From the NCBI GenBank assembly GCA_016871445.1, contig VHDH01000008.1, positions 1,801 to 65,800 of the forward strand: a DNA stretch of 64,000 bases, given 5' to 3'. Positions 26,393 to 35,635 of this stretch are shown here, piece after piece (position 1 is the stretch's first letter; every line of letters begins with the position of its first letter). The stretch comes from Verrucomicrobiota bacterium. Lineage in GTDB: Bacteria; Verrucomicrobiota; Verrucomicrobiia; Limisphaerales; SXTU01. Under the pieces are notes generated by a model. That model searched no databases, was not told the origin of the DNA, and worked only from the letters and a program-made list of their open reading frames with translations. The translations under genes and the position numbers were made by a program.

Positions 26393-27259
26393 TTAAATTG
26401 GCTCGCCGCTTACTTTCGTCAAGGCGTGATATTTTTCAATCAACTGCTTTGACATCGGCCCGGGCTTGCCGGTGCCGATGACGCGCCCGTCAATCTTCAC
26501 CACCGGAATGATCTCCGCGCCGGTACCAGTGAGGAAGCATTCATCGGCGTTGTAGAGATCGTAGCGGGTGAGGTTCGGCTCGCCCGTCTTTAGCCCCAGT
26601 TCGTGGCCGAGTTTTAGCGCCGTAGCGCGGGTGATGCCGTAAAGCGCGCCCGCGGAAAGCGGCGGCGTGTGCAACTCGTTGCCCTTAATGATGAAAATGT
26701 TGTCGCCCGTGCATTCGGCCACATATCCGTCGGCGTTGAGCATGATCGCCTCCTCGACGCCTGCGTTGTTAGCCTCAATCTTAGCGAGGATGTTATTTAA
26801 GTAGTTAAGCGACTTGATAGCCGGATTGACGGCGTTGTGCAGGTTGCGCGTGGTCGCCACCGTCACGATGTCCATGCCACGCTCGTAGAGTTCTTGTGGG
26901 TAAAGCTGAATTTCGCCGGCGATGACGATGACCGACGGGTTTTTGCAGCGGTTCGGATTCAAGCCCAGCGTGCCCACGCCGCGCGTGACCACGAGGCGGA
27001 TATAGCCGTCGGTAATTTGGTTTTTTCGGCAGGTGGCCACGACAGCCTTGGTCATCTCGGCGGGCGTCATCGGGATCGTGAGCAGAATGGCCTTGGCCGA
27101 GCAGTAAAGCCGGTCAATGTGCTCCTTGAGCTTAAAGACCCGCCCGTGGTAGGCGCGGATGCCCTCGAAGATGCCATCGCCGTAAAGCAGCCCGTGGTCG
27201 AACACGGACACCTTCGCCTTGGCTTCATCGTAGAACTTGCCGTCAATGTAGACTTTCAT
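26393..27259 (-). CDS. ilvE: branched-chain-amino-acid aminotransferase (class IV)
   Basis: Matches include VSVFDHGLLYGDGIFEGIRAY and TGTGAEIIPV. It is 288 aa. Confidence 0.9.
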   Translation of the reverse strand: MKVYIDGKFYDEAKAKVSVFDHGLLYGDGIFEGIRAYHGRVFKLKEHIDRLYCSAKAILLTIPMTPAEMTKAVVATCRKNQITDGYIRLVVTRGVGTLGLNPNRCKNPSVIVIAGEIQLYPQELYERGMDIVTVATTRNLHNAVNPAIKSLNYLNNILAKIEANNAGVEEAIMLNADGYVAECTGDNIFIIKGNELHTPPLSAGALYGITRATALKLGHELGLKTGEPNLTRYDLYNADECFLTGTGAEIIPVVKIDGRVIGTGKPGPMSKQLIEKYHALTKVSGEPI

Positions 27260-27383
27260 GTCAAAACGCTAGGGCAGCGTAGGGGAACGCTTGGAAGCGG
27301 CGCAACTCAGGAAATCGTTGTCCTTCGGCTTGCCTTTGCGCGATTTTGTTGGTGTCCTTCCCAAATTCGGTCACCGACATCAC

Positions 27384-28742
27384 GTGAAAACCGCTTTGGT
27401 CATAGATGATGATTCCAACGTGCTTACGGAACTCGCGCGCACGCTAGAGGATGCTGGCTGGCGCGTGCTTAAGGCGGACGACGGCGACCAAGGCATTGAA
27501 TTGGCCGTTGCCGAGCGGCCGGACGTAATCGTATGCGACCTGCTCATGCCGCGCGTGAACGGTTACCATGTCTGTCGCACCATCCGCGCCAACCAGACCT
27601 TCTTTCCGCAGCCGCGCATCGTCGTAATCTCCAGCAGCAACTACGAGGCGGACCGCACCAACTCTTTGGAGGCCGGCGCAGACGACTTCCTCCTTAAACC
27701 CATTCAGCCCTCCGAATTGTTACAAATCCTCGAACTTGATGGCGGCACCACCTTCATCCGTAAGGCTCCAGCGATCTTAAAAGGTCCCACGCCGCCGGAC
27801 ACCACTTACTTTCGCCAAGCCGTCGGCACGCCGCCCTCAGTCCACTTTTGGGGCGTGCGCGGCTCCATTGCAACGCCCGGCGACTCCACGCTCAAATACG
27901 GCGGGAATACCGCCTGTGTCGAAGTCCGCGCCGATGGCGAACTCATCGTGCTCGATGCTGGCACTGGCATTCGCCACCTCGGCCGCAAACTCGCTACCGA
28001 GTTCAAGTCGTACCCCATCGAGTTAAGTATCCTCATCACGCATACGCATTGGGATCATATTCAAGGCTTCCCCTTCTTCATCCCCGCCTACAGCCCGCAC
28101 AACCAGATCCGTATCAAAGGCTACGAAGGCGCGCGCACCGGCCTACAGAGCGTCCTCAGCAGTCAGATGGAAAGTCCCTTCTTTCCCGTCTCAATGCAGC
28201 AAATGCCTGGTTATCTGCAAGTCGAGGAACTCAAGGAAATGCAGTTCAACATCGGCAAGGTCAAGGTTCGCGCCGCCTTCATGAACCATCCCGGTATCTG
28301 CGTGGGCTACCGCCTCGAGACCAGCGGCGGCTCCATTGCCTTCCTGCCCGACAATGAGCCGCATTCGCGCCTCCGCATGACCCCCATCACCGACAGTGCG
28401 CAGTCGCAAGAGGTGCTCGCCTTCGCGCAAAAGCAGGACGAGCACTTGATTGACTTCATCCGTGACTGCGACGTCGTCATCATGGACTCGCAATATGACG
28501 CGGAAGAATACAAGTCTCACATCGGTTGGGGACACACCTGCGTGGACGACGCCGTCGCCCTCGCCGTCATCGCGAAGGTCAAGAAGCTTTTCCTCTTCCA
28601 CCATGACCCCGATCACGATGACGCCAAGGTGGACAGCATGCAGGAATGGGCGCGCGAACTCGCCGCCATCCACGGCAGTAAGCTCGAAGTGGACGCGGCC
28701 CGTGAAGGCGTCAACCTCGTCCTAAATCGCGCCGCAAAGTAA
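27384..28742 (+). CDS. response-regulator receiver domain fused to an MBL-fold metallo-hydrolase
   Basis: The REC domain reads ALVIDDDSNVL...DVIVCDLLMPRVNGY...KP. The MBL domain reads ILITHTHWDHIQGFPFF ... LFLFHHDPDHDD. I propose the GTG at 27384 as the start. The track ORF begins at 27291. Confidence 0.8.
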   Translation: MKTALVIDDDSNVLTELARTLEDAGWRVLKADDGDQGIELAVAERPDVIVCDLLMPRVNGYHVCRTIRANQTFFPQPRIVVISSSNYEADRTNSLEAGADDFLLKPIQPSELLQILELDGGTTFIRKAPAILKGPTPPDTTYFRQAVGTPPSVHFWGVRGSIATPGDSTLKYGGNTACVEVRADGELIVLDAGTGIRHLGRKLATEFKSYPIELSILITHTHWDHIQGFPFFIPAYSPHNQIRIKGYEGARTGLQSVLSSQMESPFFPVSMQQMPGYLQVEELKEMQFNIGKVKVRAAFMNHPGICVGYRLETSGGSIAFLPDNEPHSRLRMTPITDSAQSQEVLAFAQKQDEHLIDFIRDCDVVIMDSQYDAEEYKSHIGWGHTCVDDAVALAVIAKVKKLFLFHHDPDHDDAKVDSMQEWARELAAIHGSKLEVDAAREGVNLVLNRAAK

Positions 28743-28764
28743 CCGCCCCTTTCCCCTTTGTGCG

Positions 28765-29229
28765 TCACTTTCGCACCAGCCGCATCTTGATGGGGGAGAG
28801 ATCTAATACGTAGCGCTTGCCTGCCGGGGCGGGTGGCACACCCACGAGGTATTTCTTTTCAATCAACTCGTCGGCGTCGTTCGGTAGGCGGAGGTTGTCC
28901 TTGTGGAAGCGGCCCACGGCCACTTCCAGGTCGCGCGAGGACATGACGGGAAGTAGCTCGGGGTCGGTGATGCCTTCGGCGAGGGCAGCAACGAGTTCGA
29001 GGCTCGCGCCATCGGCGGGGACGGCCGGGGGCGCGGGCGCGGCGGCGGCCACGAGCGGTTTGAACTCGATGGGCGGAAGCTGGTTGACGGATTTCCCGGC
29101 CTCGGTGCTGCGGTGCTTCCACCAAAGCAGCGCGGCGATGACTGCGATGGCAGCCCAAGTGGCCGGGTGCTTGAGTGAGCGCAGGGCGTAGCCCACGGCG
29201 ACAAAGATCGAGAAGAAGACTTTTTGCAT
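28765..29229 (-). CDS. membrane-anchored protein with a pseudopilin-like C-terminal module (accessory to the prepilin-like genes)
   Basis: It has N-terminal TM helices and an Ala/Pro linker. The C-terminus RFHKDNLRLPNDADELIEKKYLVGVPPAPAGKRYVLD resembles the C-terminus of 43665..44075. Confidence 0.65.
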   Translation of the reverse strand: MQKVFFSIFVAVGYALRSLKHPATWAAIAVIAALLWWKHRSTEAGKSVNQLPPIEFKPLVAAAAPAPPAVPADGASLELVAALAEGITDPELLPVMSSRDLEVAVGRFHKDNLRLPNDADELIEKKYLVGVPPAPAGKRYVLDLSPIKMRLVRK

Positions 29230-29242
29230 ACGGCGTGGCGGG

Positions 29243-30052
29243 CTATTTCTGGTAGGTGGTCAGGTCGCGGATGGCGAGCACGTCGGCGTTGGTCATGGTG
29301 AAGTGGTGGTCCGGCAGCCAGTCCACGCGGTAGGTGCGGAGGGTGTCCTTGTCGCGGATGCCGTAGGCGTCCACATGGCCGTCGGCAAAGGCCATCACAG
29401 CGCGCCCCCCGTGGAGAAAGCTGGGCATGTGGAAATAGCCGTCGGCGGCGTTGGTGTCCATGGGCACGCGGGCCATGCTGGTGCAGATGGTGTGGGGGTT
29501 GAGTTCGAGGAAGGTGAAGATGCCAGCCGGATTGGCCACGTCGGGCAGGCGCGCGAAGGTGGCGTAGGCCGGGTCAGTCTCGCTGCGGCTGCCCGCGCCC
29601 ATGTATTGGTTCAGGCCGAAGCTCCGTGTGAGCGGGATGCCCTGCACGTCATGCCGCACGGCAGGACAGCGATAGACGCGCGGGTTGGGGATCGTGCTGG
29701 CGAAGGCGGCCAGCTTCGGGTCGGTGAGGAACTCGGAGTTGGTGACGCTGTCGTAGGTGTAATGGTAGTCGCCCTGCACCCACGGGAGTGGCGGCGGGTT
29801 GTTGGTGCCGCTGTGGGGCCGGTAGTTGAGGACAAGCCGGTCGTCGTTCTCGCCGGGGTGCTTGAGCCACGCGATCATGAGCTGGCGGAGGTTGCTGAGG
29901 CACTCGGCGCGCTGCGCGCGGCCTTTGACCTTCGCCACGCCGCCGACGGTGAGCGAAGCCAACACGCCGATGATACCGATGACGACGAGCAGTTCCGGCA
30001 GGGTGAAGGCACGGCGACAGCGCGCGGCAGGCTGGCTGAGGGGGTAATTCAT
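29243..30052 (-). CDS. prepilin-type N-terminal cleavage/methylation domain protein
   Basis: N-terminus reads AFTLPELLVVIGIIGVLASL...RAECLSNLRQL. The C-terminal motif is AFADGHVDAY. Confidence 0.88.
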   Translation of the reverse strand: MNYPLSQPAARCRRAFTLPELLVVIGIIGVLASLTVGGVAKVKGRAQRAECLSNLRQLMIAWLKHPGENDDRLVLNYRPHSGTNNPPPLPWVQGDYHYTYDSVTNSEFLTDPKLAAFASTIPNPRVYRCPAVRHDVQGIPLTRSFGLNQYMGAGSRSETDPAYATFARLPDVANPAGIFTFLELNPHTICTSMARVPMDTNAADGYFHMPSFLHGGRAVMAFADGHVDAYGIRDKDTLRTYRVDWLPDHHFTMTNADVLAIRDLTTYQK

Positions 30053-30876
30053 CGGCCGCGCGTGAAGTGGTTGGCGAACCAGAGGAAATCCGCGTTATCG
30101 GGCGCGTGCAGATCCTGATGGTCAGCGATCCAATCCACCGGCCAGACCCGCTCCATCTCGTCCGTTTGCCGCTTCACCATGTCCACGTGGCCGTCGGCAA
30201 AGCCCACCACCGAGGTCTTGCCATGCGGGAAGATGGGCAGTGTGGCGAAGTCGCCGCTGGTGATCTGGCCGGTGGTGGCGTCGGCCTGCATTCCTGGATT
30301 GATGCGCACGGCAGTGGTGCAGATGATGTAGGGGTTCATCTCGACGAACACCGCGCGCTCGGAGGGCTGTGTGACGTCGTTCAGGCGGCGATACACCTCG
30401 AAGCCGCCTGGCGCGGCGAAGGAACTGGCGTTCTGCGTGCCCATGTAAGAGTTCATGCTGTAATGCCGGATCATTGGCCGGCCTTGGATGTTGTGCTTGA
30501 TCGCGCCGCAACGGTAGAGGCGTGGGTTCAGCTTCGCGTAGGCGAACGCGGAATACGCCGGGTCGGTCAGGAACACCTCGTTCGTCACCGTCGCGTAGAA
30601 CTGATGCACGCCGCCGGAGGCCCACGGAACGTTGGTCGTCACGGGGTTAATGTTGCCGATGGGATTCGAGTTCACCACCAGCCGGTCGTCGTGGTCGTCG
30701 GCGAACTTGTGCCAGACCGTGTGCAGCTCGCGCTGGTTGTTCAGGCAGGTGATGCGGTGCGCGCGGGCCTTGGCCTGCGCCAACCCGCCGGCCGTGAGTG
30801 ACACCAGCACGCCGATGATGGCCACCACGGTGAGCAGTTCGATCAACGTGAAGGCTCTGGTGAGACGTTCGGGCAT
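30049..30876 (-). CDS. prepilin-type N-terminal cleavage/methylation domain protein (tandem paralog)
   Basis: The ATG at 30876 gives MPERLTRAFTLIELLTVVAIIGVLVSL...ITCLNNQREL, with C-terminal GFADGHVDMV. Its stop overlaps the next start in an ATGA at 30049-30052. Confidence 0.88.
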   Translation of the reverse strand: MPERLTRAFTLIELLTVVAIIGVLVSLTAGGLAQAKARAHRITCLNNQRELHTVWHKFADDHDDRLVVNSNPIGNINPVTTNVPWASGGVHQFYATVTNEVFLTDPAYSAFAYAKLNPRLYRCGAIKHNIQGRPMIRHYSMNSYMGTQNASSFAAPGGFEVYRRLNDVTQPSERAVFVEMNPYIICTTAVRINPGMQADATTGQITSGDFATLPIFPHGKTSVVGFADGHVDMVKRQTDEMERVWPVDWIADHQDLHAPDNADFLWFANHFTRGR

Positions 30877-31054
30877 GGGATTGACGAGCGAGGAGCATCG
30901 TAAAACGCACCGGGCGCGAGTCAAGCAGCCCGTCCGTCCGTCCCGCATGGTCGCGCCCTGCCGGACGATGCTTCGCTGCAACGCACAGGCGCGCCAATTC
31001 GGGATTGCATAAATCACGACAAGCGGGCAGTTTCCGCCCCTCTAATTTACTTAA

Positions 31055-31276
31055 ATGACCGCAAAAGAAGAGCCAATTACATTCACAGGCACGGTGACAC
31101 AAGTGTTGCCGGGCACGATGTTTCGCGTTGCTCTTCCCAATGGTCACGAGGTGCTCGCGCATATCTCCGGGAAGATGCGTAAGAACTTCATTCGCATCAG
31201 CGTAGGCGACAAGGTCGAGGCTGAGATGTCTCCCTACGATTTGAGCAAGGCGCGCATCACCTTCCGGCATCGGTAG
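31055..31276 (+). CDS. infA: translation initiation factor IF-1
   Basis: The sequence [60 protein letters not shown] matches IF-1. Confidence 0.95.
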   Translation: MTAKEEPITFTGTVTQVLPGTMFRVALPNGHEVLAHISGKMRKNFIRISVGDKVEAEMSPYDLSKARITFRHR

Positions 31277-31298
31277 GAACTACCCACTTTCAACTGGT

Positions 31299-31331
31299 AA
31301 GGCGTGGGAACTCCCCGCGCCTTTTGCTTTG
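31299..31331 (+). terminator. rho-independent terminator of infA
   Basis: The stem is aaggcg(t)ggg-aact-ccc(cg)cgcctt, followed by ttgctttg. Confidence 0.6.
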
Positions 31332-31399
31332 TGTGGGGGGCCGGCGTTCAATCTGCCACGCAGTGAACCCGACTCAAGGCAGCAGAGCGCTGGCGTTCG

Positions 31400-33568
31400 T
31401 CACTGCGGCTTCCCCGCCAGTGAAGACTTGACCTTGGCTGGGTCGCTCGTGGGCGGTCGGCACTCGGTGCCGGTGCAAAGGAAAATGACGGGTGCATCCT
31501 TCGCCGTCAGCGTCCTCGCAAACGGTTCCACCGGCCCGCTCGTGCCCAGCACCACCTTGTTGGGCTGATAGACGCCGTGCGCGGCACGTAGCAGCACAGA
31601 GGTCGTTTTTGCCTCTCCCTTCGCCGGCGTGGCCACCACTACGCGGAACGGCTCGTGCAGGTAGAAGTCGAGGGCGAGCAGAAGATTCGGAACGGCCTGC
31701 GGCAGGCGCTGCAGTCGCTCAGCGAAGAGGCGTAAGGTTTTTTCCGCTCGTCCGCGCATTTCCTTATTGTCTGTGATAGCGGCGAGTTTAAGCAGCGCGA
31801 GCGTCGCCACGTTGTTGCCGCTTGGCTCGGCTCCGTCATAATCCTCCTTAGCGCGGAATAGCAGGTCGACAGAGCCAGCCTTGCTCTGGAAAAATCCGCC
31901 ATTTGCCGCGTCGTAAAAGTTCGCAGTCATCGCGGACTCCAGCGCGAGGGCGAAATCCAAGTATTTCGGATTGAGCGTGGCCTCGTAGAGATGTATCGCG
32001 CCATCGAGCAGGTAGGCGTGCGAATCGAGAAGTTGGACGTTGTCGCGCTCGCCGTCGCGCCAGCGGTGGTAAAGCGTCTTGGTCTTCGCATCCCAGAGTT
32101 TGGATTGGAGGAAGGCAAGGTTCCGCTCCGCTGCCGCAAGATAAGTTGGCTCATTGAGCACCACGCCTGCGCGCGCCAGTGCCCCCAGCATGAGACCGTT
32201 CCACGACGCGAGAATTTTGTCGTCCAAGTGTGGGCGGACGCGCCTTACTTGCACCGCGAACATCTTTTGCTTTGCGGACGCGAGCAGCTTGGCCTCGGCC
32301 TCGGTGAGTTTCGGGTCAACGATGCTCAGCACGTTCAGCTTCTTGAGCGGCATCGGATGCGAGTGGTCCTCAAAGTTTCCCTCGTCGGTAATGCCGAAGA
32401 AGCGCTCGGCTACCTTAAACTCACCCGCGTTCAACAGCTGCGTCAGTTCCGTCTTCGTCCAGCAGTAGAATTTACCCTCGTGCCCTTCACTGTCGGCGTC
32501 CTCGGCGGAGTAGAACCCGCCCTCGGGATGGGTCATGTCGCGCAGCACGTAGCGGATCAGGTCGCGCGCCACCTCGGCGAAGCGTGCCTCGCCGCTGACG
32601 AGATGCGCGTCGAGGTAGAGATGCAGCAGTTGGGCGTTGTCGTAGAGCATCTTTTCGAAGTGCGGCACGAGCCACTTCTCATCCACCGAATAGCGGGCAA
32701 ACCCGCCGCCGAGCTGGTCATACATCCCGCCTGCGGCCATGCGCTCGCAGGTGTGCAAAACCGCTTTCACTGCCGCTTCGTCTTTCGTGCGCACTGCGGC
32801 GCGTAGGATGAAGGCTGGCTGCGACGGCCGGGGAAACTTGGGCGCACGCCCGAAGCCCCCGTTGCGCGGGTCGTATTCCGCCGTCATGCGTTTTAGGGCG
32901 TTCGTCAGCACCGCTGGCGCGAGCACAGCGTCCCGGTTCGCTTCATGCTCGCCGAGGGACTTGAGTTGCTCGGCAATTTGCCCGGCGCTTTCGCTGATTT
33001 CCTTGCGCTTCTCCACCCACAGTTCCGAGATGCGCTCAAGCAACTGGAGAAAGCTGGGCCGCCCAAACTTCGGCTGCGGCGGAAAGTAAGTGCCGCCGTA
33101 GAACGGTTTCAGATCTGGCGTGAGGAATACGTTTAGTGGCCAGCCCCCGCCCTGACCCATCGCCTGCACGGCGGTCATGTAAATCTTGTCCACGTCTGGG
33201 CGCTCCTCGCGGTCTAGCTTGATGGCCACGAAATGCTTTTTAAGGAACTCGCCGACGGCCTCGTCCTCAAACGACTCCCGCTCCATGACGTGGCACCAGT
33301 GGCACGTCGAATACCCGATGGAGAGCAGGATGGGCTTGCCCTCGGCTCGCGCTTTTTTGAAGGCTGCCTCGCCCCATGGATACCAGTCCACGGGGTTATG
33401 CATGTGCTGCCGGAGGTAGGGTGACTTCTCCTGCGCGAGGCGGTTGGTGTGCTTGTGGGCGGTGGGTGAATTGGTGGACACGGGGGTTTTAGATTTTTCA
33501 GCGGCGACCAGCGGTAAACTCGCGGCCAGCAGTAGACCGGCGAGGACACTGGCGCGTTTTACGAGCAT
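31400..33568 (-). CDS. thioredoxin-domain protein of the DUF255 / YyaL (N-acylglucosamine-2-epimerase-fold) family, with a signal peptide
   Basis: Matches include [22 protein letters not shown]-like and [23 protein letters not shown]. The ATG at 33568 gives the signal [23 protein letters not shown]. Confidence 0.88.
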   Translation of the reverse strand: MLVKRASVLAGLLLAASLPLVAAEKSKTPVSTNSPTAHKHTNRLAQEKSPYLRQHMHNPVDWYPWGEAAFKKARAEGKPILLSIGYSTCHWCHVMERESFEDEAVGEFLKKHFVAIKLDREERPDVDKIYMTAVQAMGQGGGWPLNVFLTPDLKPFYGGTYFPPQPKFGRPSFLQLLERISELWVEKRKEISESAGQIAEQLKSLGEHEANRDAVLAPAVLTNALKRMTAEYDPRNGGFGRAPKFPRPSQPAFILRAAVRTKDEAAVKAVLHTCERMAAGGMYDQLGGGFARYSVDEKWLVPHFEKMLYDNAQLLHLYLDAHLVSGEARFAEVARDLIRYVLRDMTHPEGGFYSAEDADSEGHEGKFYCWTKTELTQLLNAGEFKVAERFFGITDEGNFEDHSHPMPLKKLNVLSIVDPKLTEAEAKLLASAKQKMFAVQVRRVRPHLDDKILASWNGLMLGALARAGVVLNEPTYLAAAERNLAFLQSKLWDAKTKTLYHRWRDGERDNVQLLDSHAYLLDGAIHLYEATLNPKYLDFALALESAMTANFYDAANGGFFQSKAGSVDLLFRAKEDYDGAEPSGNNVATLALLKLAAITDNKEMRGRAEKTLRLFAERLQRLPQAVPNLLLALDFYLHEPFRVVVATPAKGEAKTTSVLLRAAHGVYQPNKVVLGTSGPVEPFARTLTAKDAPVIFLCTGTECRPPTSDPAKVKSSLAGKPQ

Positions 33569-33836
33569 TGAGTGGAAGGTCACGTCCGCAGCGTAGCTCA
33601 CTACTCAGCGGGAGCAAGCGCAGTCACTGCCCGTAGCTTTCTCACTTTCAGGCGGCAGCGTTTCAATCTCTGCCGTTATCTCCCTCGCTAGGAACTTGGG
33701 GCTGGCCCGGCAAGGCGTTCTTGCTTTCACCCGAATGACGAATTTTGCGACAGAGGAAATCAGCGGCGAATAGCAAGCCAGAAAGCGAAAAGGCTTTTTA
33801 CCAGTTAGAGAGGGTTGGATTACGGCCAAAACCGGA

Positions 33837-34709
33837 TCACTTTCCCTCCAGCCCGCGCAAGTAGGCGAAAATGAGTTCGGGCAGGTCGTTGCTGTAGCCG
33901 CCTTCCAATACGCTCACCACGGGCACGCCCAGTGCGCGGAAGCTTTGGCCAAGCCAGTGGAAATCCTCCGCTTCCAACGTCTCCTGCGCGAGCGGATCGC
34001 GTGCGTAGGCGTCGAAGCCCGCGCTTACCACGATCACCTCGGGCTTTTGCGCTTTGAGCGCGTCGAGGGCGCGGGTGAGCACCTTGCGGTATTCCTCGCG
34101 TGGGGTGCGCGGGGCGATGGGGTAATTGAAGCAGTTTTCGCCCACGTCTTTTGTTCCGGTGCCCGGATAACAGGGATGCTGGTGGATGGAGTAGAAGAAT
34201 GCGCCGGGCTTTCCGAGCAGGATGGCCTCAGTGCCGTTGCCGTGGTGAACATCGAAGTCATAGACCGCCACGCGCTTCGCGCCCGTGGCCAGCGCCTCCA
34301 GCGTCACGATGGCGGCCTGGTTCAAGTAACAGAAACCCATCGCGCGCGAGCCGGTGGCGTGATGGCCCGGTGGCCGCAGCAAACTGAAAGACACGCCACC
34401 CTTGCGCGCAAGTTCTAGCGAACGCAGCCCGCCACCGATGCTTCGCAGCGCGTGACCGTGGATACCGGCGTGTGCAGGCGTGTCGCCATCGAAATCACTG
34501 GTGGCGGCCTGCACGCGGGCAAGGTGCTCCTTCGCGTGGGCGCGGAGGATGGCCGCCTCAGTCACCTCGGCGGGCTTGGCCCACTGGATTTGCACGTCCT
34601 GCTGGGCGCGAAGTTTTTCCAGTGTGCGCGAAATGCGCTGCGGCCGCTCGGGATGCCCAGCCATGTGATAGTCCACGCAACGTTCGTCCGTGATGAGGTG
34701 CAACGGCAT
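33837..34709 (-). CDS. histone deacetylase-family (acetoin utilisation / acetylpolyamine amidohydrolase-like) enzyme
   Basis: Motifs include HPERPQR, RPPGHHA, DFDVHHGNGT and LEGGY. The start is uncertain, with candidates at 34709, 34754 and 34862. Confidence 0.85.
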   Translation of the reverse strand: MPLHLITDERCVDYHMAGHPERPQRISRTLEKLRAQQDVQIQWAKPAEVTEAAILRAHAKEHLARVQAATSDFDGDTPAHAGIHGHALRSIGGGLRSLELARKGGVSFSLLRPPGHHATGSRAMGFCYLNQAAIVTLEALATGAKRVAVYDFDVHHGNGTEAILLGKPGAFFYSIHQHPCYPGTGTKDVGENCFNYPIAPRTPREEYRKVLTRALDALKAQKPEVIVVSAGFDAYARDPLAQETLEAEDFHWLGQSFRALGVPVVSVLEGGYSNDLPELIFAYLRGLEGK

Positions 34710-34867
34710 GGTCTTGGGATACGGCAGGTCGGGTGGATTTGCAACCGGTCCCATAGTCTGGTTGCGACTCGCCGAATTCACCTCGCCCGCCCCAAAAACC
34801 CTTTGACCCGGAGGAAACCGATTCTCTAAGCTGTTTACGAAAACCGTCCCACATATACACACAACAA

Positions 34868-35308
34868 ATGAGCACTTACGTTCCCACGATCAGTTCGGGC
34901 GTCGCCGGCCCTCTCGGCGCGCTTCACCTCCCCCGTCTTTGGCTCAAGGTCTCCCTCGAAGCCGCCGGCAAGTTGGCCGCCGGTTATCCCGGCCTCGGGA
35001 AGGGCTACGATCAGATGACTTGCGACGCGCTTGGCCTCGATGCCGAGGCGGTCAAAACGTTCATCAAGGGCAATAAGCCGACCTATCCTGCCTTCGAAGC
35101 GTGGGTCCGCAAGAACGGCAAGAAGCTGACCAAGGCCGATATCCACCGGCATAACCTCGCCATCCTCGGCTATTGCCACGACGACGGAACGCGCAAGGGC
35201 ATTCTGAGCGCCAGCGGCCTCCCCGACGACGGCAGCGTCCTGCCCGGCGCGGTGGACCTGAACAACCTCGACGACTGGTTCGAGTTCCACGCGGCCGTCT
35301 TGAAGTAA
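34868..35308 (+). CDS. conserved hypothetical protein (family not confidently placed)
   Basis: It is a 146-aa ORF with GC3-rich codon usage. The sequence includes GPLGALHLPRLWLKVSLEA...NLNNLDDWFEFH, and a strong terminator follows. Confidence 0.55.
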   Translation: MSTYVPTISSGVAGPLGALHLPRLWLKVSLEAAGKLAAGYPGLGKGYDQMTCDALGLDAEAVKTFIKGNKPTYPAFEAWVRKNGKKLTKADIHRHNLAILGYCHDDGTRKGILSASGLPDDGSVLPGAVDLNNLDDWFEFHAAVLK

Positions 35309-35331
35309 GCCGCTTCCACCTTAATCACGCG

Positions 35332-35370
35332 CCAGCCGGTGAAGGAAACTTCACCGGCTGGTTCGCTTTG
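35332..35370 (+). terminator. rho-independent terminator
   Basis: Perfect 13-bp stem: ccagccggtgaag-gaaa-cttcaccggctgg (35332-35361), followed by ttcgctttg. Confidence 0.75.
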
Positions 35371-35377
35371 TGATGGT

Positions 35378-35427
35378 GACACTCTTGTCCCCAAGTCCCA
35401 GAGCTAACAGTGCGGGACAAGAGTGTC
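35378..35427. other. perfect 14-bp inverted repeat
   Basis: gacactcttgtccc (35378-35391) pairs with gggacaagagtgtc (35414-35427), with a 22-nt loop. Confidence 0.5.
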
Positions 35428-35567
35428 TCGCCCACGCTCACGCCAGCTGCCCGCGCAGCAGTCGCGACATGGAAGGTCGCGCCTGCTGCATGGGAAGCCG
35501 CCAAGGCGAGGATTGCATAACAGGAGCGAATCAGACGGTAGTGCATGATCGGTGGTGTAAGGCTATC

Positions 35568-35626
35568 GGCAGAAGAATGGGGGCAGGAGAATAAAGTTCA
35601 GATTCTTCTGCCCCCATTCTCCTGCC
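35568..35626 (-). terminator. 25-bp imperfect hairpin, 9 nt downstream of the SGNH hydrolase stop
   Basis: ggcagaagaatgggggcaggagaat pairs with attcttctgcccccattctcctgcc, with one mismatch, one wobble pair and a 9-nt loop. There is no U-tract. Confidence 0.4.
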
Positions 35627-35635
35627 TACTTCCGG

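Noticed and set aside
33605-33829. A 74-aa minus-strand ORF between the HDAC-like and DUF255 genes.
   Set aside because: It has no motifs and atypical composition. It lies in the promoter region of the DUF255 gene.
35325-35546. A 73-aa minus-strand ORF with a signal-peptide-like start in the convergent spacer.
   Set aside because: It spans two strong hairpins including the terminator of the opposite gene. It has no motifs and is probably non-coding.
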